A stretch of 64,000 nucleotides of DNA from a virus: the IMG/VR virus record IMGVR_UViG_3300045994_000055, positions 70,352 through 134,351 of that record; one strand, given 5' to 3'. A model generated the notes under the pieces. That model searched no databases and had not been told where the DNA came from. It was given only the letters and a program-made list of their open reading frames with translations. This document shows, in pieces, positions 9,167 through 17,567 of the stretch (positions within the stretch are counted from its first letter, which is position 1; every line of letters starts with the position of its first letter). The translations under genes and the position numbers were made by a program.

Positions 9167-10288
9167 ATGTTAAACGCACTAAAACCTCTGTTGGACAACG
9201 GCATTATTAACGAAGGCACTCGCGATGCTATCACTGAAGCTTGGGACACACAATTGTCTGAAGCTAAGGAAACAGTTCGCGCTGAGTTACGTGAAGAATT
9301 TGCACAACGTTATCAACATGACAAGCAAGTAATGGTTGAAGCACTTGACAAGATGGTTACAGAAAGTCTTACTGCTGAATTGGCTGAGTTCCAATCTGAA
9401 AAGCAAGCTTTAGCTGAAGACCGTGTGAAATTTAAACGTCACATGAACGAAGGCGCTGAGAAGTTTAACAACTTCATGGTAAGCAAGTTAGCAGAAGAAA
9501 TCCAAGAACTACGTAAGGACCGCATTGGTTACGAAAACTCTATCGGTAAGTTAGAGTCGTTTGTTATCAAGGCATTGTCCGAAGAGATCAAGGAATTCGA
9601 CAAAGACAAGCAAGCTGTAGTTGAAACTAAGGTCCGCTTAATCGCTGGCGCTAAGGACAAACTAGCTGAATTACAACAAGCATTTATTGCTCGTAGTTCA
9701 CAACTTGTTAAAGAAGCTGTAACAAAGAGTCTTACAACTGAAATGACACAATTGAAAGAAGACATCCAACTTGCTCGTGAGAACATGTTCGGTCGTCGTC
9801 TGTTCGAAGCTTTTGCTTCCGAATTCGCAGTTACTCACTTAAATGAGAACGTCGAAATCGCTAAGTTATCTAAGCTAGTAAAAGAAACAAATGCTGCACT
9901 TGCAGAGTCTAAGAAGACTATTCAAGCTAAAGCTGCCTTGGTTGAATCCAAGGAACAAGAGATTCGTATTATCCAAGAAACTACATCACGTAAGGCTTTA
10001 TTGTCTGATTTGATGAAGCCATTGGCTAAAGAGAAGGCCGCTGTAATGAGCGAGCTTTTAGAGAGTGTTCAAACTTCCAAGTTACAGAGCGCTTACGAAA
10101 AGTATCTTCCTGCTGTACTTAACAACAAAGCTACACAGACAACCCAGGCTCCTGCTCCGCAGAAAGCTATGATGACTGAAAGCCGTGTTGCAGTAACTGG
10201 AGATAAGGCTGCTACAAATGCTGCGGTCAACAAAGCACATGACACTAATGTGATTGAGTTGAAGCGTTTGGCAGGGCTAAAATATTAA
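9167..10288 (+). CDS. gp22: Prohead core scaffolding protein (T4 gp22-like)
   Basis: Coiled-coil, between protease and MCP, C-terminal LKRLAGL. Confidence 0.85.
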   Translation: MLNALKPLLDNGIINEGTRDAITEAWDTQLSEAKETVRAELREEFAQRYQHDKQVMVEALDKMVTESLTAELAEFQSEKQALAEDRVKFKRHMNEGAEKFNNFMVSKLAEEIQELRKDRIGYENSIGKLESFVIKALSEEIKEFDKDKQAVVETKVRLIAGAKDKLAELQQAFIARSSQLVKEAVTKSLTTEMTQLKEDIQLARENMFGRRLFEAFASEFAVTHLNENVEIAKLSKLVKETNAALAESKKTIQAKAALVESKEQEIRIIQETTSRKALLSDLMKPLAKEKAAVMSELLESVQTSKLQSAYEKYLPAVLNNKATQTTQAPAPQKAMMTESRVAVTGDKAATNAAVNKAHDTNVIELKRLAGLKY

Positions 10289-10313
10289 ACCCTAATTAGG
10301 AGAAAATGAAATT

Positions 10314-11489
10314 ATGACAACCGCATTACTAGAAAGCCGTTGGGGCGAAACCAAAGAAGCCCTGTTAGAAGGCCTACAAGGTTCCAAGCGTACCTCGATG
10401 AGCGTTATTCTTGAAAACACACGCAAGCATTTAGCTGAATCTGCTACAGCAGGCTCGACATCTACTGGTTCTATCGCGACTTTAAACCGCGTTATTCTTC
10501 CAGTTATCCGTCGTGTTATGCCTACAGTTATCGCTAACGAAATCGTTGGCGTTCAGCCAATGACCGGACCTGTTGCTCAGATCCACACCCTACGTGTACG
10601 TTATGCAGATAACATGGCACACGGTTCCGATTCTTCGCAATCTGTTAACGCAGGTGACGAAGCATTGAGCCCATTCAAGATCGCTACACAGTATTCTGGC
10701 GCTGCTTCTGGCAAGCCACAAACTACAGCGACAATGGAAGGTGTTCCAGGTAACCGTATCAACGTTCAAATCTTGAAACAAGTTGTTGAAGCGAAGACTC
10801 GCAAGTTAAGCGCACGTTGGACCTTTGAAGCTGCTCAAGACGCACAAGCTATGCACGGTTTAGACGTGGAAGCTGAAGTTATGGCAGCTCTTGCTCAAGA
10901 AATTACAGTTGAAATCGACCAGGAAATCTTAGGTTCCCTACGTTCTTTAGCTGCAACTGAGTACACATACAACCAAGCTACTGTATCCGGTACTGCTACT
11001 TTCGTTGGTGACGAACACGCTGCTTTAGCTGTTCTTATCAATCGTGCAGCTAACTTGATCGCTCAACGCACACGCCGTGGCGCTGGTAACTGGGCAGTTG
11101 TTTCGTCCGCAGCATTGACAGTATTGCAATCTGCAACTACTTCTGCATTCGCACGTACAACAGAAGGTACATTCGAAGCACCTACAAATACCAAGTTCGT
11201 TGGTACATTGAACGGCGCGATGAAGATTTATGTAGACGGCTACGCACAAGACGGTCAAAACGTTCTTGTTGGCTACAAGGGTTCTTCGGAAGCCGACGCA
11301 GCAGCGTTCTATTGCCCATACATTCCTTTGATGAGCTCTGGTGTTGTTCTTGATCCAGCAACATTCGAACCAGTCGTAGGCTTTATGACACGTTACGGCT
11401 ATGTTGAGTTAACAAACACAGCATCGTCCCTAGGTAACGCTGGCGACTACTTAGCTGAAATCGCAATCAGCAACTTAAGCTTCCAATAA
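10314..11489 (+). CDS. gp23: Major capsid protein (T4 gp23-like)
   Basis: GVQPMTGP, AKTRKLSARWTFEAAQD, FYCPYIPL, GFMTRYG motifs. Confidence 0.97.
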   Translation: MTTALLESRWGETKEALLEGLQGSKRTSMSVILENTRKHLAESATAGSTSTGSIATLNRVILPVIRRVMPTVIANEIVGVQPMTGPVAQIHTLRVRYADNMAHGSDSSQSVNAGDEALSPFKIATQYSGAASGKPQTTATMEGVPGNRINVQILKQVVEAKTRKLSARWTFEAAQDAQAMHGLDVEAEVMAALAQEITVEIDQEILGSLRSLAATEYTYNQATVSGTATFVGDEHAALAVLINRAANLIAQRTRRGAGNWAVVSSAALTVLQSATTSAFARTTEGTFEAPTNTKFVGTLNGAMKIYVDGYAQDGQNVLVGYKGSSEADAAAFYCPYIPLMSSGVVLDPATFEPVVGFMTRYGYVELTNTASSLGNAGDYLAEIAISNLSFQ

Positions 11490-11515
11490 TATTGGGACTT
11501 TTGTTACGCAACATG

Positions 11516-11539
11516 AAAAAGGGACTTCGGTCCCTTTTT
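11516..11539 (+). terminator. Intrinsic terminator after MCP
   Basis: AAAAAGGGAC-TTCG-GTCCCTTTTT with cUUCGg tetraloop. Confidence 0.9.
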
Positions 11540-11555
11540 CATGACTAAGTATTAT

Positions 11556-12239
11556 ATGACAGATAAACCTAACTTACTAACATTACCGGGTGCGGGGAGC
11601 GCCTGGTTGCGCCATGTGGTGTGGGCACTTGAAAATAATGAAATTTTACAAAGCCCCGGGCCTAATTTTCATAATACAAAAAAAACGCAATCTATGTTGC
11701 ACTCGCATTTTGCAACTAACAACGATATCGTACTCCACGGACCAAAATCAATTTTTAATATTTCACTGAACTATTACACCAAGTATGCAATGGTGTACAA
11801 TGTTAATGGCTGCAATGTCACGTGTGCCCAAGAAAGATTAAATGCAATAGTTGACCATTTAAATTATTACTTAATGACACGTCAGCAAGAAATGGCAAAT
11901 CGAAAAATAGATATCAACTACGATTATATATTCAGTGATAAACAACTTTTTACGAGTCAATTATTTGATGTGTTATCTTCGCACAACATAGCGTTCACTC
12001 CTAGATACGATTTTGTTTCTTATGCAATTGACAAATATAAGCAAACGTGTATTAACATGGATGAAATAGTTGAAAACTGGGAAAATGATTTTTGGTTAGC
12101 TTGGTGCATTGCTTGCAGTGATATTAACGGTATTACGATACCTGGTGATTCATCAGACTTAACAAAACTAGTGCCTGCACTTAAGCGGCATGGTGACTTT
12201 TATTTGAATGAGCTTACAAAAGTAGCATCGTTTGGGTGA
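11556..12239 (+). CDS. Putative sulfotransferase-like/P-loop protein
   Basis: LLTLPGAGSAWLRHVV resembles the PAPS-binding loop; ATG 4 nt after TAAGTA chosen over 11541. Confidence 0.45.
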   Translation: MTDKPNLLTLPGAGSAWLRHVVWALENNEILQSPGPNFHNTKKTQSMLHSHFATNNDIVLHGPKSIFNISLNYYTKYAMVYNVNGCNVTCAQERLNAIVDHLNYYLMTRQQEMANRKIDINYDYIFSDKQLFTSQLFDVLSSHNIAFTPRYDFVSYAIDKYKQTCINMDEIVENWENDFWLAWCIACSDINGITIPGDSSDLTKLVPALKRHGDFYLNELTKVASFG

Positions 12240-12254
12240 TATACTAAATACTGT

Positions 12255-12312
12255 ATACCACTCGGGATGGGAAGGGCAAATCGGGCTTTAGTTAATGACT
12301 ACTGCCCTTTTT
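12255..12312 (+). ncRNA. Candidate short late RNA ending in a terminator
   Basis: TAAATA at 12245-12250, no ORF, AAGGGCA...TGCCCTTTTT stem plus U tract. Confidence 0.35.
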
Positions 12313-12330
12313 GTTTGACTAAGTATTCGT

Positions 12331-14238
12331 ATGGAACAAGACAAACACGTATGGTCAGCTGAGACCATGGTAGCAAACACTGCTAAACCACGACGTAAAA
12401 ACGTAAATCCCGTAATATACGAACACAACGTTACTAGGAAAACTAGGCTTACTCTAGTTATGATGGGTTGTTGGGGCGTATACTTTGCACCTTATAACAT
12501 CGCTAGGTTATCTGCCTTAACTAAAGAAGCAGGCTATGCTACTAGATCCTTTGATTTCAACGTAGACTTGTATACCACATTCAAATCTAATGGCTTAGAC
12601 AAAGCGTGGGACTCTATCAATTACTATTGGTGGAACGATGGCAACTACCAAGACAAATTGCACGATGCGGCATTGCCTCATTATGCTGCTTACTTAGACA
12701 AGATTGTGGCATCAAATCCTACCGTTGTTGGATTTAGCATTTACGACACAAACAAAGTACCTACGTATTGGATGATACGTGAACTTAAGAAACGCTTGCC
12801 ATTTGTGCTAGTTATTGCAGGTGGACCATCCTGCCACAATCCAGAGTATGAGGCAATAGACGAAATTGATTACTACGTTGTTGGTGAGGGAGAGCAAATC
12901 CTGTTAGACATGCTTGAGAACTTTGAAAACAACGTACTGCCAGAGACTAAGAAACTAGGTACCTCGTACAGTGATTCCCGCGTTGATATTGATAGCTTGC
13001 CTTTCCCTGACTACAGCGAATTTGATTTGTCTTTGTATACAAACGGTACGGGCGTTAGCGCAGAGATCAGCCGCGGCTGTGTGGCTAAGTGTAGCTTCTG
13101 CACAGAGACTTGGTTCTGGAAGTTTAGAGACCGCCAAGCTAACCGCATATTGGACGAAGTAGAAGACCAAATTAAGAACTACGGTATCACCTATGTATGG
13201 TTTATTGATAGCTTAGTTAACGGCAATCTCAAAGAGTTGCGCACGTTTGCAAAAGGCGCCATTGAGAAGCAGTTCAATATTAGTTGGATGGGGTATGTAC
13301 GCTGTGACGGGCGTATGGATGCAGATTACTTCAAAGACTTAAAGGACAGCGGCGCCCACTATCTAAGCTTTGGCGTTGAAAGCGGCTCACAAAAAGTACT
13401 GGACTTAATGAAGAAGAAGGTTATGGTCTCTGAGATAGATGCCAACATGCGCGATTGTAAAAACGCAGGCATTACTGTGCATGTTAACTGGATAGTAGGC
13501 TTTCCTAATGAGAACATCAAAGCACACAATGACAGCTTGATACTACTGTGGAACAACCGTAACTACATGGATCTAATAAGCACGGGCATGACATTGGGCG
13601 ATAGCAGAGGAACAGACTTTGAGTTCAACCGAGAGCAATACAGCATGAGCAATTGGGACGACAAGTTTTGGGGATGGTGGTATTCTAAAGATCTGAGTAA
13701 TACAAAAGTGCACAGGCTTGTGAGAATGAAACTGCTTAATATCTGGCTAGACATTTGCTATAATAACGGCGTGTTATTCAATACTCAGCGCCGCGACATT
13801 GACTCGCACTATACACTATCTAAGCTAAAGTTAGTTAACCCGCCAGACAATATTACGCTAGATGATTTTGACTTCAACATTATCAAAACTGATCTTGGTA
13901 ATTTTGCTGACACGCTAATGAATGAGATATGGGCATTTTTACGGCTAATGTATAGAGTAGCTGGTGGCTTTGAGATTACACTGCGTTTCAACCGCGAGGA
14001 AGACTTAGTCGCATTTGGTGACGTTATGATGGTTGACCGTTACGATGCAACATACAACTTTAGTATAACTGATGACGGTGAGTGGAATGCAGACTTTGTA
14101 TTTGCGTTGCAAGACAACGACGAATGGCGCTTACCTATACACCCAGACAAAAGCTTTACACATCACTATGTAGGAACGGGGCAGTGGACCAATGCCCAAA
14201 CTGCCCTGAACAAAAAGATAATATGGATTCAATCTTAA
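12331..14238 (+). CDS. Cobalamin-binding radical SAM protein
   Basis: VVGFS...IAGGP...VVGEGE B12 domain, SRGCVAKCSFC cluster motif, SFGVESGSQKVL, IVGFPNE. Confidence 0.9.
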   Translation: MEQDKHVWSAETMVANTAKPRRKNVNPVIYEHNVTRKTRLTLVMMGCWGVYFAPYNIARLSALTKEAGYATRSFDFNVDLYTTFKSNGLDKAWDSINYYWWNDGNYQDKLHDAALPHYAAYLDKIVASNPTVVGFSIYDTNKVPTYWMIRELKKRLPFVLVIAGGPSCHNPEYEAIDEIDYYVVGEGEQILLDMLENFENNVLPETKKLGTSYSDSRVDIDSLPFPDYSEFDLSLYTNGTGVSAEISRGCVAKCSFCTETWFWKFRDRQANRILDEVEDQIKNYGITYVWFIDSLVNGNLKELRTFAKGAIEKQFNISWMGYVRCDGRMDADYFKDLKDSGAHYLSFGVESGSQKVLDLMKKKVMVSEIDANMRDCKNAGITVHVNWIVGFPNENIKAHNDSLILLWNNRNYMDLISTGMTLGDSRGTDFEFNREQYSMSNWDDKFWGWWYSKDLSNTKVHRLVRMKLLNIWLDICYNNGVLFNTQRRDIDSHYTLSKLKLVNPPDNITLDDFDFNIIKTDLGNFADTLMNEIWAFLRLMYRVAGGFEITLRFNREEDLVAFGDVMMVDRYDATYNFSITDDGEWNADFVFALQDNDEWRLPIHPDKSFTHHYVGTGQWTNAQTALNKKIIWIQS

Positions 14239-14396
14239 GTATACTTCAAAAGTAAGAAGCTAACAAGCTCATCCTTCTCTACTGTGATCTCGTACCCGTT
14301 AACTAATTTGGTAAACGGGTAGTGCTTAATCTTATTCTCTTGCAAATATTTAAGCACTGCGGTTACGTCACTCTTCGGAATCGTCAGACTCATCAT
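14235..14396 (-). CDS. Small hypothetical protein
   Basis: ORF overlapping the end of the upstream gene; ends LVSFLLLKYT. Confidence 0.5.
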   Translation of the reverse strand: MMSLTIPKSDVTAVLKYLQENKIKHYPFTKLVNGYEITVEKDELVSFLLLKYT

Positions 14397-14940
14397 AATA
14401 CTCATCCTCGTCAAAGTAGTCAACGTTCTTAGTAACCGCCTCATCATACATTTTATAGTACGGCTCGTTCGGCATCAACTCACGCAAGTCCTTTACAGTG
14501 AGCAACAGTGCAGTCAACTCATCCTTCTTGTGTACATCAGTTACATAGAAAGTAGTAGTGCAAACACCACCAATAGTTTTTATGGGCCCATGCTTAACCT
14601 CTAAGCTTTGTAACGAGTCCTGCAACTGCTTGCCCCACTTAGTAATAACACGGGTAATGCCCTTAGCGGTATTGCGCAAAACACTCTTATCGTGATTCGT
14701 CGCAGAACGTATTGTCGCCTCGTTATTGTCGTCTATCGTCAAGTGACAGTCCTTGAACTTAAAGCTACCTTTGGTGTGCGGGTTATCCTTAGTCTCTTTA
14801 GTGCTCCAAGGCATGTTACATTCAACGTGCTCGACGTAGTATGTTTTGCCTTTAGTTTTGATAACCCACATTGGGATAGTGGGGTCTTCTAAGTGCTTCT
14901 TGTTGAAGTGAAACACAACTTCTTTACAAACCATTTCCAT
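14368..14940 (-). CDS. Hypothetical protein
   Basis: 190 aa ORF with AAGGAG RBS, directly downstream of the Pth2-like gene, acidic tail. Confidence 0.75.
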   Translation of the reverse strand: MEMVCKEVVFHFNKKHLEDPTIPMWVIKTKGKTYYVEHVECNMPWSTKETKDNPHTKGSFKFKDCHLTIDDNNEATIRSATNHDKSVLRNTAKGITRVITKWGKQLQDSLQSLEVKHGPIKTIGGVCTTTFYVTDVHKKDELTALLLTVKDLRELMPNEPYYKMYDEAVTKNVDYFDEDEYYDESDDSEE

Positions 14941-14941
14941 T

Positions 14942-15316
14942 TTATTCTCCTTTATCCATTATGCTGTATGCTTTGCTTGCACGGAATTTGTACAAACTAA
15001 ACTTCTTGAAAATTTCCTTTTGCTCTTCGTAGTAGATAGGTTCAGTCGTAAGACTTGTAAACCCTGTCTCATAGTCAGGCTCGTGGAACATGTGAAATTT
15101 AATGCCGTTGTTGATCAAGTGATCACCGGCCTTCATCAACGCTGCTTCGTTCTTAGCCTCTAGTAATACTAGGAACGTGTTTGTTGTTGGATTTCGATTC
15201 TTGAAATCCCGCCCGGATTCCTGTGCGGAATGGGCAGCTTGCACAATTTGAGTCTCGATTGGTAAGTCCGAGCGAATAAAGGTGTAGCAGTAGTGTTTGC
15301 CGTCTATCTATTTCAT
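14942..15316 (-). CDS. Pth2-like peptidyl-tRNA hydrolase with in-frame TAG at codon 3 (readthrough needed)
   Basis: AAGGAG 8 nt before ATG AAA TAG ATA...; downstream YTFIRSDL...QIVQAAH...LVLL...FHEPD...TSLTTEP matches the PTH2-family pattern; the GTG start at 15244 would lose the first conserved strand. Confidence 0.75.
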
Positions 15317-15345
15317 TTTGATTTCTCCTTGGTTAAAATGATCGT

Positions 15346-15397
15346 AAAAAAGCCCGTACGAGAACTCTTCCTCTAATTGGAAGCTCTGGTCCGGGCT
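15346..15397 (-). terminator. Long interrupted hairpin plus U tract in the leader of the Pth2-like gene (attenuator candidate)
   Basis: Minus strand AGCCCG-GAC-CAGAGC-TTCC-AATTAGA-GGAA-GA-GTTCT-CGTA-CGGGCT-TTTTT. Confidence 0.75.
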
Positions 15398-15415
15398 AAA
15401 AGGGTAATAGTTAAT

Positions 15416-15434
15416 CTATTGCATTATGTATTTA
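15416..15434 (-). promoter_or_regulatory. Late promoter with leaderless amber minigene ATG CAA TAG
   Basis: TAAATA-cata-ATG CAA TAG; ATG at 15424 is in frame with the Pth2-like gene. Confidence 0.65.
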
Positions 15435-15445
15435 GTCTAGCACAA

Positions 15446-16330
15446 TTACGCGAAGATTTCAAGTGCTGTGCCGCATTCTGTACAAAATTTTGCATTCGCT
15501 TTGTTCATTTTGCCGCAAGTAGTGCACTTTGGCTTTGCTTTTACTGTAACTGGTAGCAGCACGGGCTTATTGTCAGGGGTTTCACCCAACAGTTTAAGCA
15601 CAATGGAATGCTTTTCTGGCAGCACTGGGAACCAGCTTGCAGTAGCAAACTTTTGATCGCTCTTGGAACCAGCAACGGTGATGCCAGCATCGTTATAGCT
15701 TACGTTCTGTGCTTGCGCAGTCACATTGTTCAACGATGCATTGGTAACGGATGCGGAAGCACCAGACGCAAGTACACTGCGAGCAATGCTCGACTTGAAT
15801 GGTACTGGCTCATTGCTGCTGAAGGTGGCGTCACCGCTGCTCCATTGTGCATTGTTAACTTGGGAGATGGTGTTACCTAGTCCCTTGAAAATCATTCCAT
15901 CTTGGCGCAAGCCAGTATGTTGCTGCTTCCACACGTTTTGTTGGTAGTCCCAAATCGTAGTTCCAGCGAATGTAATTGGTAGGTGTTCGAACTGATACGA
16001 GATGTTGATGATACCGTCTTCGATACCAATGCCCTTATGTGCTTCGATTTGTGCAGTGCGCTCAATGAATTTGAACTTATTGCCTGCTGAGAGGTTGCCG
16101 TTCTTGATCCAGCGTTCCAAATCAATGGTTTGTCCTGCGAGCAGCACTAAGCCGCCAGGACAGACATCAGTACCGTCAAGCGTAATGTTTACGATGGCGC
16201 GGACCGTGTTGAGATTTTTAAGAACTATGGAGTATTCTGAGCCGAATGGGATATAAACTGTATCCTTGAACTCACGTAAGATTTTGCCGTTAGCTTTTAG
16301 GCTCGCAACGAGCTTTTGATTGTACATCAT
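15446..16330 (-). CDS. Conserved-type phage protein with C-terminal zinc ribbon
   Basis: C-terminal CTTCG...KFCTECG; AGGA RBS. Confidence 0.8.
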   Translation of the reverse strand: MMYNQKLVASLKANGKILREFKDTVYIPFGSEYSIVLKNLNTVRAIVNITLDGTDVCPGGLVLLAGQTIDLERWIKNGNLSAGNKFKFIERTAQIEAHKGIGIEDGIINISYQFEHLPITFAGTTIWDYQQNVWKQQHTGLRQDGMIFKGLGNTISQVNNAQWSSGDATFSSNEPVPFKSSIARSVLASGASASVTNASLNNVTAQAQNVSYNDAGITVAGSKSDQKFATASWFPVLPEKHSIVLKLLGETPDNKPVLLPVTVKAKPKCTTCGKMNKANAKFCTECGTALEIFA

Positions 16331-16410
16331 TATGTTTCCTTTTTACTGCTTTGGACTACAAGCACAATTTATTAAAGTCCAGATTTGCTACAACCGAGTA
16401 ACAAAAATAT

Positions 16411-16803
16411 TTATCTCGGCAGCACGACGTGCAGACGAAACTTTTTCCTAGCATAGCGCACAGTAGCCCAAGTACCAGATCGTACTTCTTCTACGCTGCG
16501 CATTGGGGCAGCAAACAAAAACTCGCATTCATCTACGATGTTCTTGTCCCGCGTCAAGTAATCAAATTGGGGTCTTAACTCATCACCCACACAATATGCA
16601 CGAGCTATCTGTGCTTTTGGTGGGTGAACTACGATTCTGGCATCTGGGAACGAGTTTTGGACTATCATGTGTGCCTCAGCGTCTGCGCCCATGCAATCAC
16701 CATGATGAAACTCAGTCATACCCATTTTACCGAGAAGCATGTAAAAGCTTTCGACTTGGGAATCACTCATTCCTTCTCTCGAACCAGTAAATCCAATTTT
16801 CAT
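16411..16803 (-). CDS. SLOG-superfamily (YspA/DprA-like) nucleotide-binding protein
   Basis: MKIGFTGSR, HHGDCMGAD, RDKNIVD, SGTWATVRYA motifs. Confidence 0.75.
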   Translation of the reverse strand: MKIGFTGSREGMSDSQVESFYMLLGKMGMTEFHHGDCMGADAEAHMIVQNSFPDARIVVHPPKAQIARAYCVGDELRPQFDYLTRDKNIVDECEFLFAAPMRSVEEVRSGTWATVRYARKKFRLHVVLPR

Positions 16804-16812
16804 AGTGTCCTT

Positions 16813-16889
16813 TGGTGCGTTATCCCGGATTCGAACCGAGCACCGTCGAGTTTAGAAGTCGCCGCTCTAACCAAATGAGCTAATAACGC
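16813..16889 (-). tRNA. tRNA with anticodon CUA (probable amber suppressor), CCA encoded
   Basis: Acceptor GCGTTAT/ATAACGC, A73, CCA; D stem GCTC/GAGC; T arm CTCGG-TTCGAAT-CCGGG; anticodon loop TT-CTA-AA; only 3 of 5 anticodon stem pairs are Watson-Crick. Confidence 0.8.
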
Positions 16890-16897
16890 ATAGATCC

Positions 16898-16926
16898 AGT
16901 GTACATTAAATGCATTATTCTGTAAA
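16898..16926 (-). promoter_or_regulatory. Sigma70-type promoter for the tRNA/SLOG operon
   Basis: TTTACA-17 nt-TACACT; the spacer ends in TTTAATG like other early promoters in this window. Confidence 0.6.
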
Positions 16927-17021
16927 CATAAATGGCTAAATATCTGGTTCGCTCTTAAATGAGAGCTCGTGCGAGTAGCCACTCCGCGGGGCTTAGAACG
17001 CTCACAACAAAGGAAAATAAA

Positions 17022-17492
17022 ATGGCAAAAGGTATTAAAGTAGCAAATCAAGCACCAGCAGCACCATTGGGCAGCACAGTAGACGGCTTAGTCAGCGCAG
17101 ACCAAGGTCAAGCGTCTGGTTTTGGTGGTACGGGTGGCGTTAGTAACACAGTTAACGGCAAGGGCGTTAAGACAATAGACGTACAATACAAGACATTGGC
17201 TGGTGTAGCAGTTGCACACGGCTTCGTTATCAATCAAAAGGGTTCTGCAAAGTTCTTAGTTGATGATTCCGCAGCAGCAGGTACTCATATCACTGTAGTT
17301 CAACTTGTAAACAAAGCCGCTGGCGCATTAGCAGCAGGCGAAGCAAGCATTGCTTGTTACGACACAGCAAGCGCACCTTTCTACGCTCGTCGTATCAGCA
17401 CAAAGCACGTTTATGACTTCGCAGGCAACAAGTTTATGTACAAGGTTAACACCCCAGCTACATCAGCTTACGCTAACGTAGCATCTTACTAA
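17022..17492 (+). CDS. Putative abundant virion structural protein
   Basis: Late promoter at ~16937, structured leader, AAGGA RBS, MCP-like codon usage, own terminator. Confidence 0.65.
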   Translation: MAKGIKVANQAPAAPLGSTVDGLVSADQGQASGFGGTGGVSNTVNGKGVKTIDVQYKTLAGVAVAHGFVINQKGSAKFLVDDSAAAGTHITVVQLVNKAAGALAAGEASIACYDTASAPFYARRISTKHVYDFAGNKFMYKVNTPATSAYANVASY

Positions 17493-17493
17493 G

Positions 17494-17520
17494 AAAAGGG
17501 CGACTTTAGGGTCGCTTTTT
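17494..17520 (+). terminator. Intrinsic terminator
   Basis: GGGCGAC-TTTAGG-GTCGCTT followed by Ts. Confidence 0.75.
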
Positions 17521-17567
17521 CACGACTTTTTTATCAGCATAAATATCTAATAACGGAAGAATTACCC

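Noticed and set aside
15308-15310. Pth2-like gene as a simple pseudogene or sequencing error
   Set aside because: The RBS and downstream frame are intact, and a second in-frame ATG-NNN-TAG in the same context sits upstream; two matching accidents are unlikely.
16846-16863. Reading the tRNA as tRNA-Arg(UCU)
   Set aside because: That register gives only two non-adjacent anticodon stem pairs, versus three contiguous pairs and canonical spacing for CUA. Not fully excluded without a covariance model.
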